Below, piece by piece: positions 17,547 through 25,709 of a DNA stretch of 42,112 bases. How positions within the stretch are numbered: position 1 is the first letter of the stretch; every line of letters starts with the position of its first letter. The DNA comes from an uncultured Thermoanaerobaculia bacterium. GTDB lineage: Bacteria; Acidobacteriota; UBA4820; DSQY01. The notes under the pieces are model-generated. The model saw only the letters and a list, made by a program, of their open reading frames with translations. It ran no database searches and had not been told where the DNA came from. The position numbers and the translations under genes are program-made. The DNA lies in the NCBI GenBank assembly GCA_964537405.1, contig CAZIBS010000004.1, forward strand, positions 1 to 42,112, given 5' to 3'.

Positions 17547-18710
17547 GTGGGCGTGCCTTTTCTGGATTTGACGAGGCAGTACGAAACGATCAGGGAAGAG
17601 ATCGGGGGTGTTCTTACACAAGTGCTTGAAACGCAGCGCTTTGTCCTTGGACGCTTCGTTCGCTCCCTGGAAGAGGAAATCTCCGAATACATCGGAACGG
17701 GCCACGCGATCGGCGTGGCTTCCGGCACCGACGCTCTGCTGCTTGGCCTCAGGGCGCTGGGACTTAAGCGAGGTGAGGGAGTTATCACCTCAACCTTCAC
17801 TTTCTTCGCAACCGCGGGGGCCATCCACAACGCCGGGGGGCACCCCTTCTTTCTGGACATAGACCCGGAAAGCTTCAACCTCTCTCCCGCGGCCGTTGGA
17901 ACCTTCCTACGCGAAGAGTGCGTAAGGGGCGACGATGGATTGCCCGTACATCGCAAAAGCGGGGCGATTGTCAGGGCGATCCTTCCGGTTCACCTCTACG
18001 GCCTTTGCGCCGATATGGACGCACTGAACGACCTCGCGGGTGAATACGGGCTCCGCGTTCTTGAAGACGCCTGCCAGGCTATTGGTTCCACCTATCATCG
18101 GAGGAAGGCCGGCGCACTCGGCGACATCGCCGCCTTCTCTTTCTTCCCCACGAAGAACCTGGGAGGGGCGGGCGACGGCGGCATGGTGACGACCGACGAC
18201 GACGCCCTTGCGCAAAAGCTGGCCCTCCTGAGGGTTCACGGAAGCAGTAAACGCTACATCCACGAAGTCATAGGCTACAATTCCAGGCTCGACGAGCTTC
18301 AGGCGGCGGTACTGGGAGTAAAGCTCAGGCATCTCGACGAGTGGAACGCCGGACGAAATCGTATAGCCGGTTTCTATAGAGAGGGCTTGGCTGACGTCGA
18401 AGGGGTAAGAACACCTTTGTTTCATGAGGGTTTTGGCCAAATCTTCCACCAGTTTGTTATACGAACCACGCACAGGGATGAGTTGAAAGCCTATCTCGAC
18501 GAGAGGGAAATAGGCGCCATGATTTACTACCCGGTCCCACTCCACCTCCAGCCCTGTTTTCATTTCCTGGGCTACCGCGAGGGAGACTTCTCCGAAGCGG
18601 AGTCGGCCTCAAGGGAAGTCCTGGCTCTTCCCATCTTTCCCGAACTGACCGAGGCCGAAGCAACAGAGGTCTGCGATGTTGTCAGGGACTTCCACGCGGG
18701 GAGAGACTGA
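17547..18710 (+). CDS. DegT/DnrJ/EryC1/StrS-family PLP-dependent sugar aminotransferase
   Basis: The N-terminus IPFLDLTRQYETIREEI, the motifs GTDALLLGLRALGL ... ILPVHLYG ... SFFPTKNLGGAGDGGMV (PLP lysine in FPTKN) identify the family. A GTG start has a strong GGAGGTG RBS. Confidence 0.85.
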   Translation: MGVPFLDLTRQYETIREEIGGVLTQVLETQRFVLGRFVRSLEEEISEYIGTGHAIGVASGTDALLLGLRALGLKRGEGVITSTFTFFATAGAIHNAGGHPFFLDIDPESFNLSPAAVGTFLREECVRGDDGLPVHRKSGAIVRAILPVHLYGLCADMDALNDLAGEYGLRVLEDACQAIGSTYHRRKAGALGDIAAFSFFPTKNLGGAGDGGMVTTDDDALAQKLALLRVHGSSKRYIHEVIGYNSRLDELQAAVLGVKLRHLDEWNAGRNRIAGFYREGLADVEGVRTPLFHEGFGQIFHQFVIRTTHRDELKAYLDEREIGAMIYYPVPLHLQPCFHFLGYREGDFSEAESASREVLALPIFPELTEAEATEVCDVVRDFHAGRD

Positions 18711-19228
18711 TGTTGTCGGACCTCTCTAATGCTCACCGGGTTTGGGGAGTCTTCTCCGTCAAGCCGCGCCATGAGAAACTGAATGAGGTCTTTCTCTCGC
18801 AGGAAGGTTTTAACTACTACTGTCCCCGGCTGAAGAGACGCAAGGGAGAGGAGAGCGGACCGCCTCTCTTCCCGGGCTACATCTTCGTACTGCTCTCTCC
18901 CAAGGTGGAACTGGGCCGGGTAAAATTTTTTCCGGGCATGCTGCACCCGCTTCTCTTCGGCGGCCTGCTTGCGTACATCAACCCGGAAGTCGTGGAGTGC
19001 TGGAAGAAGAGGGAGGCCGGCAGGGGCTACCTTGCGCCGGAGCCGAAAGCGGCCTTCAAGGTAGGACAGAAGGTCCGTTTTACCGAGGGCGCTTTCACCG
19101 GTCTCGAAGGCATGGTTCTGGAGGACCTCCCCGCGAAGGATCGAGTGCGCATACTCCTGGAATACCTCAGGATGAGCGTTACCGTTGAAACCGACCGCAC
19201 GGCCGTAAAAATGCCCCCGGCGCGATGA
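18710..19228 (+). CDS. NusG-paralog transcription antiterminator (UpxY/LoaP/RfaH-like specialized NusG)
   Basis: It has an NGN domain (VWGVFSVKPRHEKLNEVFLSQEGFNYYCP ... PLFPGYIFVLL). A KOW motif follows (FKVGQKVRFTEGAFTGLEGMVLE ... RVRILLEYLRMSVTVE). The ATG overlaps the DegT stop (TGATG). Confidence 0.7.
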   Translation: MLSDLSNAHRVWGVFSVKPRHEKLNEVFLSQEGFNYYCPRLKRRKGEESGPPLFPGYIFVLLSPKVELGRVKFFPGMLHPLLFGGLLAYINPEVVECWKKREAGRGYLAPEPKAAFKVGQKVRFTEGAFTGLEGMVLEDLPAKDRVRILLEYLRMSVTVETDRTAVKMPPAR

Positions 19229-19268
19229 TGGCGGAGAAAGTATTCATTCCGCGGATGGAAGAGATGAA

Positions 19269-20306
19269 ATGACAAAAAACTTCGGAGTTGCAATCCTGGC
19301 GGGTGGGAAGGGAACACGCCTCTGGCCGCTCAGTACCGCCGACGAACCCAAGCCCTTCGTTTCCCTCGGGCCCCTGGGGCGTCTCTACAACAGAACGGTC
19401 GAACGCGCGCAGGCACTCAACCCCGCTTTCGTTGCAACGGTAGGCGCCCCCTTGCTGGAAAGATTCTGCGGGGCGCCCGGCGTCGAATTCCTGGCGGAGC
19501 CATGCGCCCGGAACACGGCCGCGGCCGTCGCCCTCGCCGCCGTTTACAGCCGACGCAAACTGGGCGAGGACGGCGGCCTCCTTATCCTGCCGGCGGACCA
19601 CTTCATCAGGGACGCAGCCGCCTTTGCGGCAACCGTACGCAAACTGGCCGGGCTCTGCGATAAGAGGCGATCATTGGGGGTCATGGGCATCACGCCGACC
19701 GGGCCTGAAACGGCCTACGGCTACATTGAGAGCGGTCTTCCCGCCGGGGAGGGCTTCGAAGTGGCGCGGTTCATCGAAAAACCGGACATTGAAGGCGCCG
19801 TAAAACTACTGCGGCAGGGTAATACGACGTGGAACTCGGGAATGTTCTACTTCCCCGTCGGAGTACTTCGGGAGGAGATGCGGCTTTACTGTCCGGAGCC
19901 ATGGAACGCGGCGCAACGGTGGCTCGAAAATGGCGCCCCCGGCTCTTACCAGGCGTTGCGGAAGGTATCGATCGACTACGCCCTCATGGAAAAGAGTCGG
20001 AGGGTTTCAATGGTTGCAGCCGCTTTCGACTGGAGCGATGTCGGTACCTTTCCCTCTCTATATAATATCCTGCCAAAAGACGCGCAGGGCAACGCCGGAT
20101 GGGGTCCAGGCCGCGTCTCGGATTGCCGTAACTGCCTTATCGTAACGCGGCGAAGCAATACCCTGGTAAGGACCATGTCGGAGAGCGTGGTAGTAGAAAC
20201 CGAACACGGGCTGATGGTCAGTCCGATGAAGGGAGCGGCGGAGATTCGTGAAGAGGTGGAGTCGCTGCTCAACGACGCCGGCGGAACGGATAAGGAGAAG
20301 CCATGA
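19269..20306 (+). CDS. Mannose-1-phosphate guanylyltransferase-like sugar-phosphate nucleotidyltransferase
   Basis: It has the NTP-transferase N-terminus (VAILAGGKGTRLWPLS) and the LILPADHFIRD motif. Its length and layout resemble ManC-type enzymes lacking the isomerase domain. Confidence 0.65.
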   Translation: MTKNFGVAILAGGKGTRLWPLSTADEPKPFVSLGPLGRLYNRTVERAQALNPAFVATVGAPLLERFCGAPGVEFLAEPCARNTAAAVALAAVYSRRKLGEDGGLLILPADHFIRDAAAFAATVRKLAGLCDKRRSLGVMGITPTGPETAYGYIESGLPAGEGFEVARFIEKPDIEGAVKLLRQGNTTWNSGMFYFPVGVLREEMRLYCPEPWNAAQRWLENGAPGSYQALRKVSIDYALMEKSRRVSMVAAAFDWSDVGTFPSLYNILPKDAQGNAGWGPGRVSDCRNCLIVTRRSNTLVRTMSESVVVETEHGLMVSPMKGAAEIREEVESLLNDAGGTDKEKP

Positions 20307-21016
20307 AGGGCATAGTGCTTGCGGGCGGAACGGGGTCCCGTCTCTATCCATTGACCAAGGTAACGAACAAACACCTTTTGCCGGTCGGCAAGAAACCGAT
20401 GATCTACTACCCGATCGAGAAGCTCCTGGCGGCGGGAATCAACACGATCCTCATCGTTACCGGAACGGAACACATGGGCTCGGTCGTGAGCCTGCTGGGT
20501 TCGGGGAAAGACTTTGATTGCTCATTTACCTACAAGGTCCAGGACCAGGCGGGAGGAATCGCGCAGGCGCTGAGCCTCGCCGAAAACTTTTCCGGGGGAA
20601 GTTCTATCGCCGTAATACTTGGCGACAACCTCTTTGAGGACAGCCTGACCCCCTTTGTCAGGCACTTTGAAGAGGTGCAGGGTGAAGAGGGCGCCCGCAT
20701 CGTTCTAAAGGGTGTTCCCAACCCCACTCGCTTCGGCGTCGCCACCCTGAAGGGCGACAGGGTTATCAAAATAGAGGAGAAACCAAAGGCGCCGGAAACC
20801 GATTGGGCGGTTACCGGGCTCTACCTCTACGATGCGGAGGTCTTCGAAATAATCCGAACCCTCAAACCCAGCGGGCGCGGGGAACTCGAAATTACCGATG
20901 TAAACAATGCCTACATAGACAGGGGGCTGATGGGCTACGATCTAATGGATGGTTGGTGGACCGACGCCGGCACTTTCGAGAGCCTGAGCCAGGCAAATAA
21001 ACTCATAGGAGAGTGA
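20303..21016 (+). CDS. Short-form glucose-1-phosphate thymidylyltransferase-like nucleotidyltransferase
   Basis: It has MKGIVLAGGTGSRLYPLTKVTNKHLLPVGKKPMIYYPIEKL ... AVILGDNLF and is 237 aa. It sits immediately before the rmlC/rmlD/rmlB-like genes. Its start overlaps the stop of the upstream gene. Confidence 0.7.
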   Translation: MKGIVLAGGTGSRLYPLTKVTNKHLLPVGKKPMIYYPIEKLLAAGINTILIVTGTEHMGSVVSLLGSGKDFDCSFTYKVQDQAGGIAQALSLAENFSGGSSIAVILGDNLFEDSLTPFVRHFEEVQGEEGARIVLKGVPNPTRFGVATLKGDRVIKIEEKPKAPETDWAVTGLYLYDAEVFEIIRTLKPSGRGELEITDVNNAYIDRGLMGYDLMDGWWTDAGTFESLSQANKLIGE

Positions 21017-21019
21017 ACC

Positions 21020-21478
21020 GTGATTCACGACGTGAAGGTAAAGAAACTGACGGTCATTCCCGACGACAGGGGTCGCCTGATGGAAATGCTGAGGGCGGAT
21101 GACGAACTCTTCGACAAATTCGGGCAGGTCTACCTCTCCACCACCTACCCCGGCGTAATTAAAGCGTGGCACTACCACAAGCTGCAGAAAGACAACTTCG
21201 TCTGCGTAAGGGGGATGGTAAAACTTGTCCTGGCCGATACCAGGGACGGTTCCCCATCCAAGGGAGAGGTAGCCGAGTTCGTTATAGGGGAGCACAATCC
21301 CCTCCTTGTGCAGGTTCCGATCGGGGTTTACCACGGCTGGAAGTGCCTCGGAAACCGGGAGTCCTTCGTGGTAAACCTGACAACCAACACTTACAACTAC
21401 GATGATCCCGACGAGTATAGGCTCGATCCCCATAACAACGGCCTGATAGACTACGACTGGGCGACAAAGGATCGTTAA
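21020..21478 (+). CDS. dTDP-4-dehydrorhamnose 3,5-epimerase-like cupin protein
   Basis: The 152-aa cupin has RGMVKLVLADTRDGSPSKGE ... YHGWKCLGNRESFVVNL, resembling RmlC core strands. It has a GTG start and sits between the thymidylyltransferase-like and rmlD genes. Confidence 0.65.
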   Translation: MIHDVKVKKLTVIPDDRGRLMEMLRADDELFDKFGQVYLSTTYPGVIKAWHYHKLQKDNFVCVRGMVKLVLADTRDGSPSKGEVAEFVIGEHNPLLVQVPIGVYHGWKCLGNRESFVVNLTTNTYNYDDPDEYRLDPHNNGLIDYDWATKDR

Positions 21479-22332
21479 TGGCGACGCTCTGCATTTTGGG
21501 CTCAAGGGGAATGTTCGGTAGGGACGCCCTCGGAGTTTTTTCCGGCATGGGTTTCGAGGTGGTTGGCGCGGACCTGCCCGAGGTGGATATCTGCTCCGGA
21601 GACTCGCTGGGCCGCCTTCTTGATGAAAGATCCCCCCGGATCGTGATCAACGCCGCGGCTTACACCGATGTGGATGGGGCCGAAAGCCACAGGAACGAGG
21701 CCTTTCGAATCAACGCGGAGGGCGCTCGAAGAGTGGCGGAAGCCTGCTCCTCGCGGGGGATTTTCCTGGTTTACATCAGCACGGATTACGTTTTTCCCGG
21801 AAATAAGTCTGAGGGCTACCTGCCGGGGGATAAACCCGCGCCGGCCGTCAACGCGTACGGCGAGAGCAAGCTGGAAGGGGAAAGGGCTACGCTGGAGACG
21901 ATGGAAGCGGAGCGGTGCCTTATCTGCAGGACGCAGTGGCTCTATGGCGGCCACGGTAAAAACTTCGTGGACGCGATCCGCGCTCTGGCCGCGGAGAGAG
22001 ACGAACTCCGGGTAGTAAACGACCAGTGGGGAGTGCCAACCTATACAGAAAACCTTGCCCTCCAGATCGGCGCGCTGGTCGGTCTGGGTGTGTCGGGTAT
22101 AACCCACACGGTCGGGGGTGGAGGGCCCATAACCTGGTATCGTTTCGCTTCTGAGATCGTTCGCTTGAGCGGAGCTTCGGCAACCGTGGCGCCCTGTGCT
22201 TCCTCGGCGTTCCCGAGGCCCGCCCCCCGCCCCCGGTATGGATGGCTAAGGACGGAACGCGTACCCTCCGGAGTCATCACTGACTGGAGAAGCGACCTTG
22301 CGGCTTACCTGGCACACGGGCCGAAAAATTGA
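21478..22332 (+). CDS. rmlD: dTDP-4-dehydrorhamnose reductase
   Basis: It has the Rossmann N-terminus (ILGSRGMFGRD), the motifs INAAAYTDVDGAE and YISTDYVF, and the catalytic YGESK. Confidence 0.8.
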   Translation: MATLCILGSRGMFGRDALGVFSGMGFEVVGADLPEVDICSGDSLGRLLDERSPRIVINAAAYTDVDGAESHRNEAFRINAEGARRVAEACSSRGIFLVYISTDYVFPGNKSEGYLPGDKPAPAVNAYGESKLEGERATLETMEAERCLICRTQWLYGGHGKNFVDAIRALAAERDELRVVNDQWGVPTYTENLALQIGALVGLGVSGITHTVGGGGPITWYRFASEIVRLSGASATVAPCASSAFPRPAPRPRYGWLRTERVPSGVITDWRSDLAAYLAHGPKN

Positions 22333-22380
22333 AGAAGCGGCCTTAAGGTTACCGGGCCGCCCCGCAAAGTAAGGAGAACA

Positions 22381-23448
22381 ATGCCCATGAAGACCATCCT
22401 GGTAACCGGCGGAGCCGGATTCATAGGAGCCAATTTTACAAGATACTTGCTGGAATCGAGTCCGAAGTCGCGCGTCGTGGTCCTCGACGCCCTGACCTAC
22501 GCCGGAAACCTCGAGAATCTGTCCGGGCTGGAGGGGCAATATCCGAAGCGTTACCGTTTTGTAAAGGCCGACATCACCGACAGGGATGCCGTGTTGAGGC
22601 TTTTCAGCGACGAATCGGTGACCGGGGTCATCCACTTTGCCGCGGAAAGCCACGTGGACAGGTCTATACTGGAGCCCCTGGCCTTCGTAAAAACCAACGT
22701 GCAGGGTACCGCAAACCTTCTCGACGCCTGCCGGAAATCATGGTCGGCGGGTGAGGAGGGACGCTTTCTACAGGTTTCCACCGACGAAGTCTACGGCGCC
22801 CTGGGGAAAACCGGTTTTTTTTCCGAGAACACCCCGCTGGACCCCAGTTCTCCCTACTCCGCCAGCAAGGCCGCGGCCGATCACCTGGTGTTGGCCTACC
22901 ACAGGACCTTCGGGCTCGACACCGTCATAACCCGTTGCTGCAACAACTATGGTCCCTACCAGTTTCCGGAGAAACTGATTCCACTGATGATAGCGAGGCT
23001 CCTGGACGGTAAGACCCTCCCGGTCTACGGCAAGGGGGAGAACGTGCGCGACTGGATCCACGTTCGGGACCACAACCTCGGGGTTCTTCTCGCCTTCGAA
23101 AAGGGCCGAGCCGGAAGCGTTTACAACCTGGGCGCAAGGTGCGAAAAGAGCAACATAGACCTCGTCAAAGCACTCATTCGCGAAGTGGCGGTCGTAAAGG
23201 AACTGGACCCATCCAGCCTTGAAAAACGGATAACCTTCGTAAAAGACCGTCCCGGCCACGACTGGCGATACGCAATAGATCCATCCAAAGCCGAGAAGGA
23301 ACTCGGCTTTTATCCGGGAGTTTCCTTCGACGAGGGACTTCGCGCAACCGTCGATTGGTACATCGCCAACGAGAGATGGTGGCGCAGGGTTATGAGCGGA
23401 GAGTACCGCACTTTCGTCGAACAACTCTATGGAAAGGGTTCCGGGTGA
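22381..23448 (+). CDS. rmlB: dTDP-glucose 4,6-dehydratase
   Basis: It has ILVTGGAGFIGANF ... VVLDALTYAGNLENL ... HFAAESHVDRS ... STDEVYG ... YSASKAAADHLVLAYHRTFGL. An AAGGAGAACA RBS is present. Confidence 0.9.
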   Translation: MPMKTILVTGGAGFIGANFTRYLLESSPKSRVVVLDALTYAGNLENLSGLEGQYPKRYRFVKADITDRDAVLRLFSDESVTGVIHFAAESHVDRSILEPLAFVKTNVQGTANLLDACRKSWSAGEEGRFLQVSTDEVYGALGKTGFFSENTPLDPSSPYSASKAAADHLVLAYHRTFGLDTVITRCCNNYGPYQFPEKLIPLMIARLLDGKTLPVYGKGENVRDWIHVRDHNLGVLLAFEKGRAGSVYNLGARCEKSNIDLVKALIREVAVVKELDPSSLEKRITFVKDRPGHDWRYAIDPSKAEKELGFYPGVSFDEGLRATVDWYIANERWWRRVMSGEYRTFVEQLYGKGSG

Positions 23449-24452
23449 AACACCTGCTGGTAACCGGCGGCGGCGGTTTTGTCGGCGGCAACTTCGTCCG
23501 CCTCGTTCTAAGAGAACGCCCCTCTCTGAAGGTTACGGTCTTTGACAGCCTCACCGGCCGAAAAAACGCACCCGTACTGGACGAACCGGCAAAACGCTAT
23601 CCGGAGCGCTTCGAACTTATCAGGGGCCACGTTACCAGTAAAGCCGACCTTGAAGCCCTTTTTTCAACGCGCACCTTCGATACGATTGTTCACTTCGCGG
23701 CAAAGAATCCGTCGGGAGACGATATTGTTGACCCCGGGGCTTTCGTGGAGGTCAACATTATTGGCACCGCCATGCTTCTTGAAACCGTTCGCGCTGCGTG
23801 GAAAGAAGGGGAAGGAACCTTCCTGCACCTATCCTCTTACGAGGTTTACGGTTCGGATGAATCACGGGTTTTCACCGAGGGCTCACCCCTGAACCCTTCG
23901 ACACCCTACGCCGCCAGCAAGGCCTCAGCCGACCAACTCACGCTCGCATACCACCGAACCTACAACATGAGAACCCTCGTAACCCGAACGACCAATATCT
24001 ACGGTCCCTACCAATCGAGGGACAAGTTGATTCCCGCCATCGTGGACCGGGTGAAACGCAGAAAAACCATCCCCGTCTTCGGTAACGGTCTCAACCGCCG
24101 CGATTGGATTCACGTTGACGACCACAACCGTGGAGTGCTTTTAACCCTCGAAAAAGGGAAAGCCGGCGGCGTCTACCTCCTCGGGGCCAGGTGCGAAAGA
24201 ACCAACCTCGAACTTGTTCACCGGGTGGCGAGGTTGGCGGCCGCCGGTCTCGGACGGTCGATGGAGGAAGCAGAGGGACTCATAGGTTTCGTCCGGGACC
24301 GCGAAGCCCACGACGCGAGCAGGTCCATGGACCCTTCGGCCACCGAAGAAGCCCTGGGCTTCAAAGCAGCCATTCCCTTCGACGAGGGGCTGAAAGCCAC
24401 GGTGGAGTGGTTGCTGAAAAACTCCCCATACCCGGAACCTATCCGGGAATAA
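23445..24452 (+). CDS. Second NAD-dependent sugar dehydratase/epimerase (RmlB paralog)
   Basis: A GTG start overlaps the rmlB stop (GTGA). It has LLVTGGGGFVGGNF ... HFAAKNPSGDDIVDPGAFVEVNIIGT ... SSYEVYGS ... YAASKASADQLTLAYHRTY. It shows about 45% identity to the upstream RmlB by eye. Confidence 0.75.
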   Translation: MKHLLVTGGGGFVGGNFVRLVLRERPSLKVTVFDSLTGRKNAPVLDEPAKRYPERFELIRGHVTSKADLEALFSTRTFDTIVHFAAKNPSGDDIVDPGAFVEVNIIGTAMLLETVRAAWKEGEGTFLHLSSYEVYGSDESRVFTEGSPLNPSTPYAASKASADQLTLAYHRTYNMRTLVTRTTNIYGPYQSRDKLIPAIVDRVKRRKTIPVFGNGLNRRDWIHVDDHNRGVLLTLEKGKAGGVYLLGARCERTNLELVHRVARLAAAGLGRSMEEAEGLIGFVRDREAHDASRSMDPSATEEALGFKAAIPFDEGLKATVEWLLKNSPYPEPIRE

Positions 24453-24519
24453 GCCATGGCCCCGTCCCTTCGGGCGCGCGCCCCATTTCGTGATAGGCTC
24501 TTAACCTTAGGGAGGCCCT

Positions 24520-25302
24520 ATGTGGAACACGGACCTTATTTTCGTTCACGGCGCTTGGGAGGGGCCCTGGATTTTTAGGAGTTGGAGCGCATACTTTGCC
24601 GAAGAGGGATGGTCCGTTCGAAGCATCACCCTTCCCGGCCACGGTCCCGGTGAGGATCCCCGGAGATTCGGTCTCATCGATTACGCCGAAGCGGTGGAAG
24701 CTGCGATTCGGAACCCGGAACGCACGGTCCTCATCGGCCACAGCATGGGTGGATGGACCATTCTCAAGGTACTGGAGTCCCTCAAGGTCGCGGCGAGCGT
24801 CCTTCTGGCGCCGATACCCCACAGAGGGCTTTCGCTTAAAACGATGAAGGCTCTCGTCGGCATGACCCGTGGGCGCACCCTTTCGGCCATGCTTCTCGGC
24901 AAGCCGCCCCGGTTGGACGAAAGAACCGTCCGGGACGTTTGCTTCACGGAAGGGACGTCGAAAACAATCCTCAAACGCTTCATGAAGGAGAGCGTGGCCG
25001 AGAGCCCCAAGGCGTTGAGGGAAATCGCATTGTTGCCCCTGAGGTTTCCGGGAAGCGTGAGAGTGCGCGTGTCGCGCCTGGCTAAAGCCCAGCGCGGACG
25101 CCCAAGCCTTATCGTTGCTTCCAGTGCGGATTTCTTCGTAAAACCCGCCGAATTGGAGAAAACCGCCACCCTGCTTGGCGCCGAGATGCTTAGCCTCCAG
25201 GAATATCCTCACTGTTTTTTCTACACCGATTCCGGCTTAAGCGTTGCCCATAGGGTGCAGGAATGGCTTGCAAACCACGTAGACTCCAACCCGGGTCTTT
25301 GA
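24520..25302 (+). CDS. Alpha/beta-fold hydrolase
   Basis: It has a nucleophile elbow (GHSMGG) and the typical N-terminal strand (IFVHGAWEGPW). An RBS (GGGAGG) is present. Confidence 0.7.
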   Translation: MWNTDLIFVHGAWEGPWIFRSWSAYFAEEGWSVRSITLPGHGPGEDPRRFGLIDYAEAVEAAIRNPERTVLIGHSMGGWTILKVLESLKVAASVLLAPIPHRGLSLKTMKALVGMTRGRTLSAMLLGKPPRLDERTVRDVCFTEGTSKTILKRFMKESVAESPKALREIALLPLRFPGSVRVRVSRLAKAQRGRPSLIVASSADFFVKPAELEKTATLLGAEMLSLQEYPHCFFYTDSGLSVAHRVQEWLANHVDSNPGL

Positions 25303-25479
25303 GCCTGTTGCACGACTCCGGTACGCGCTTTTGTAGAAAAATTCGGCTTCGTAAAATGGCCGAGGATCAACGAGAATGACTAAACCTATACAAAATGACC
25401 CCCTGTAAAACACCAAAGATGTCAATTTTGCACTTCGTGCAACAGCCTCCTTCCCTGATTTTTTCGATTGCCGACACTC

Positions 25480-25648
25480 TTTAGAGCGGGTCTTCCAGCT
25501 AAAAACGAATGGCGCATGGTTCGTAATGCGTTGGGGATTAAGGGGTTACCCTGTCACGGCAAAGTTTCTTCCTGGTGGACACCACGACGCCTGAGTTCCT
25601 GACGTGGGTGGGAAGGCTCACCCCGACGGCTTGATGAGTGCTTGCGGC
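25480..25648 (+). repeat. Copy 2 of the roughly 165-bp repeat, ending about 60 bp upstream of the mpl start
   Basis: See 6207-6371. The two copies are about 85% identical and in opposite orientations. Confidence 0.6.
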
Positions 25649-25709
25649 CATGGGGCCGTCGCCGCAAATTATGCCGGGTAATGGTAAGATGGAAAAATAT
25701 GGAGGCTGG

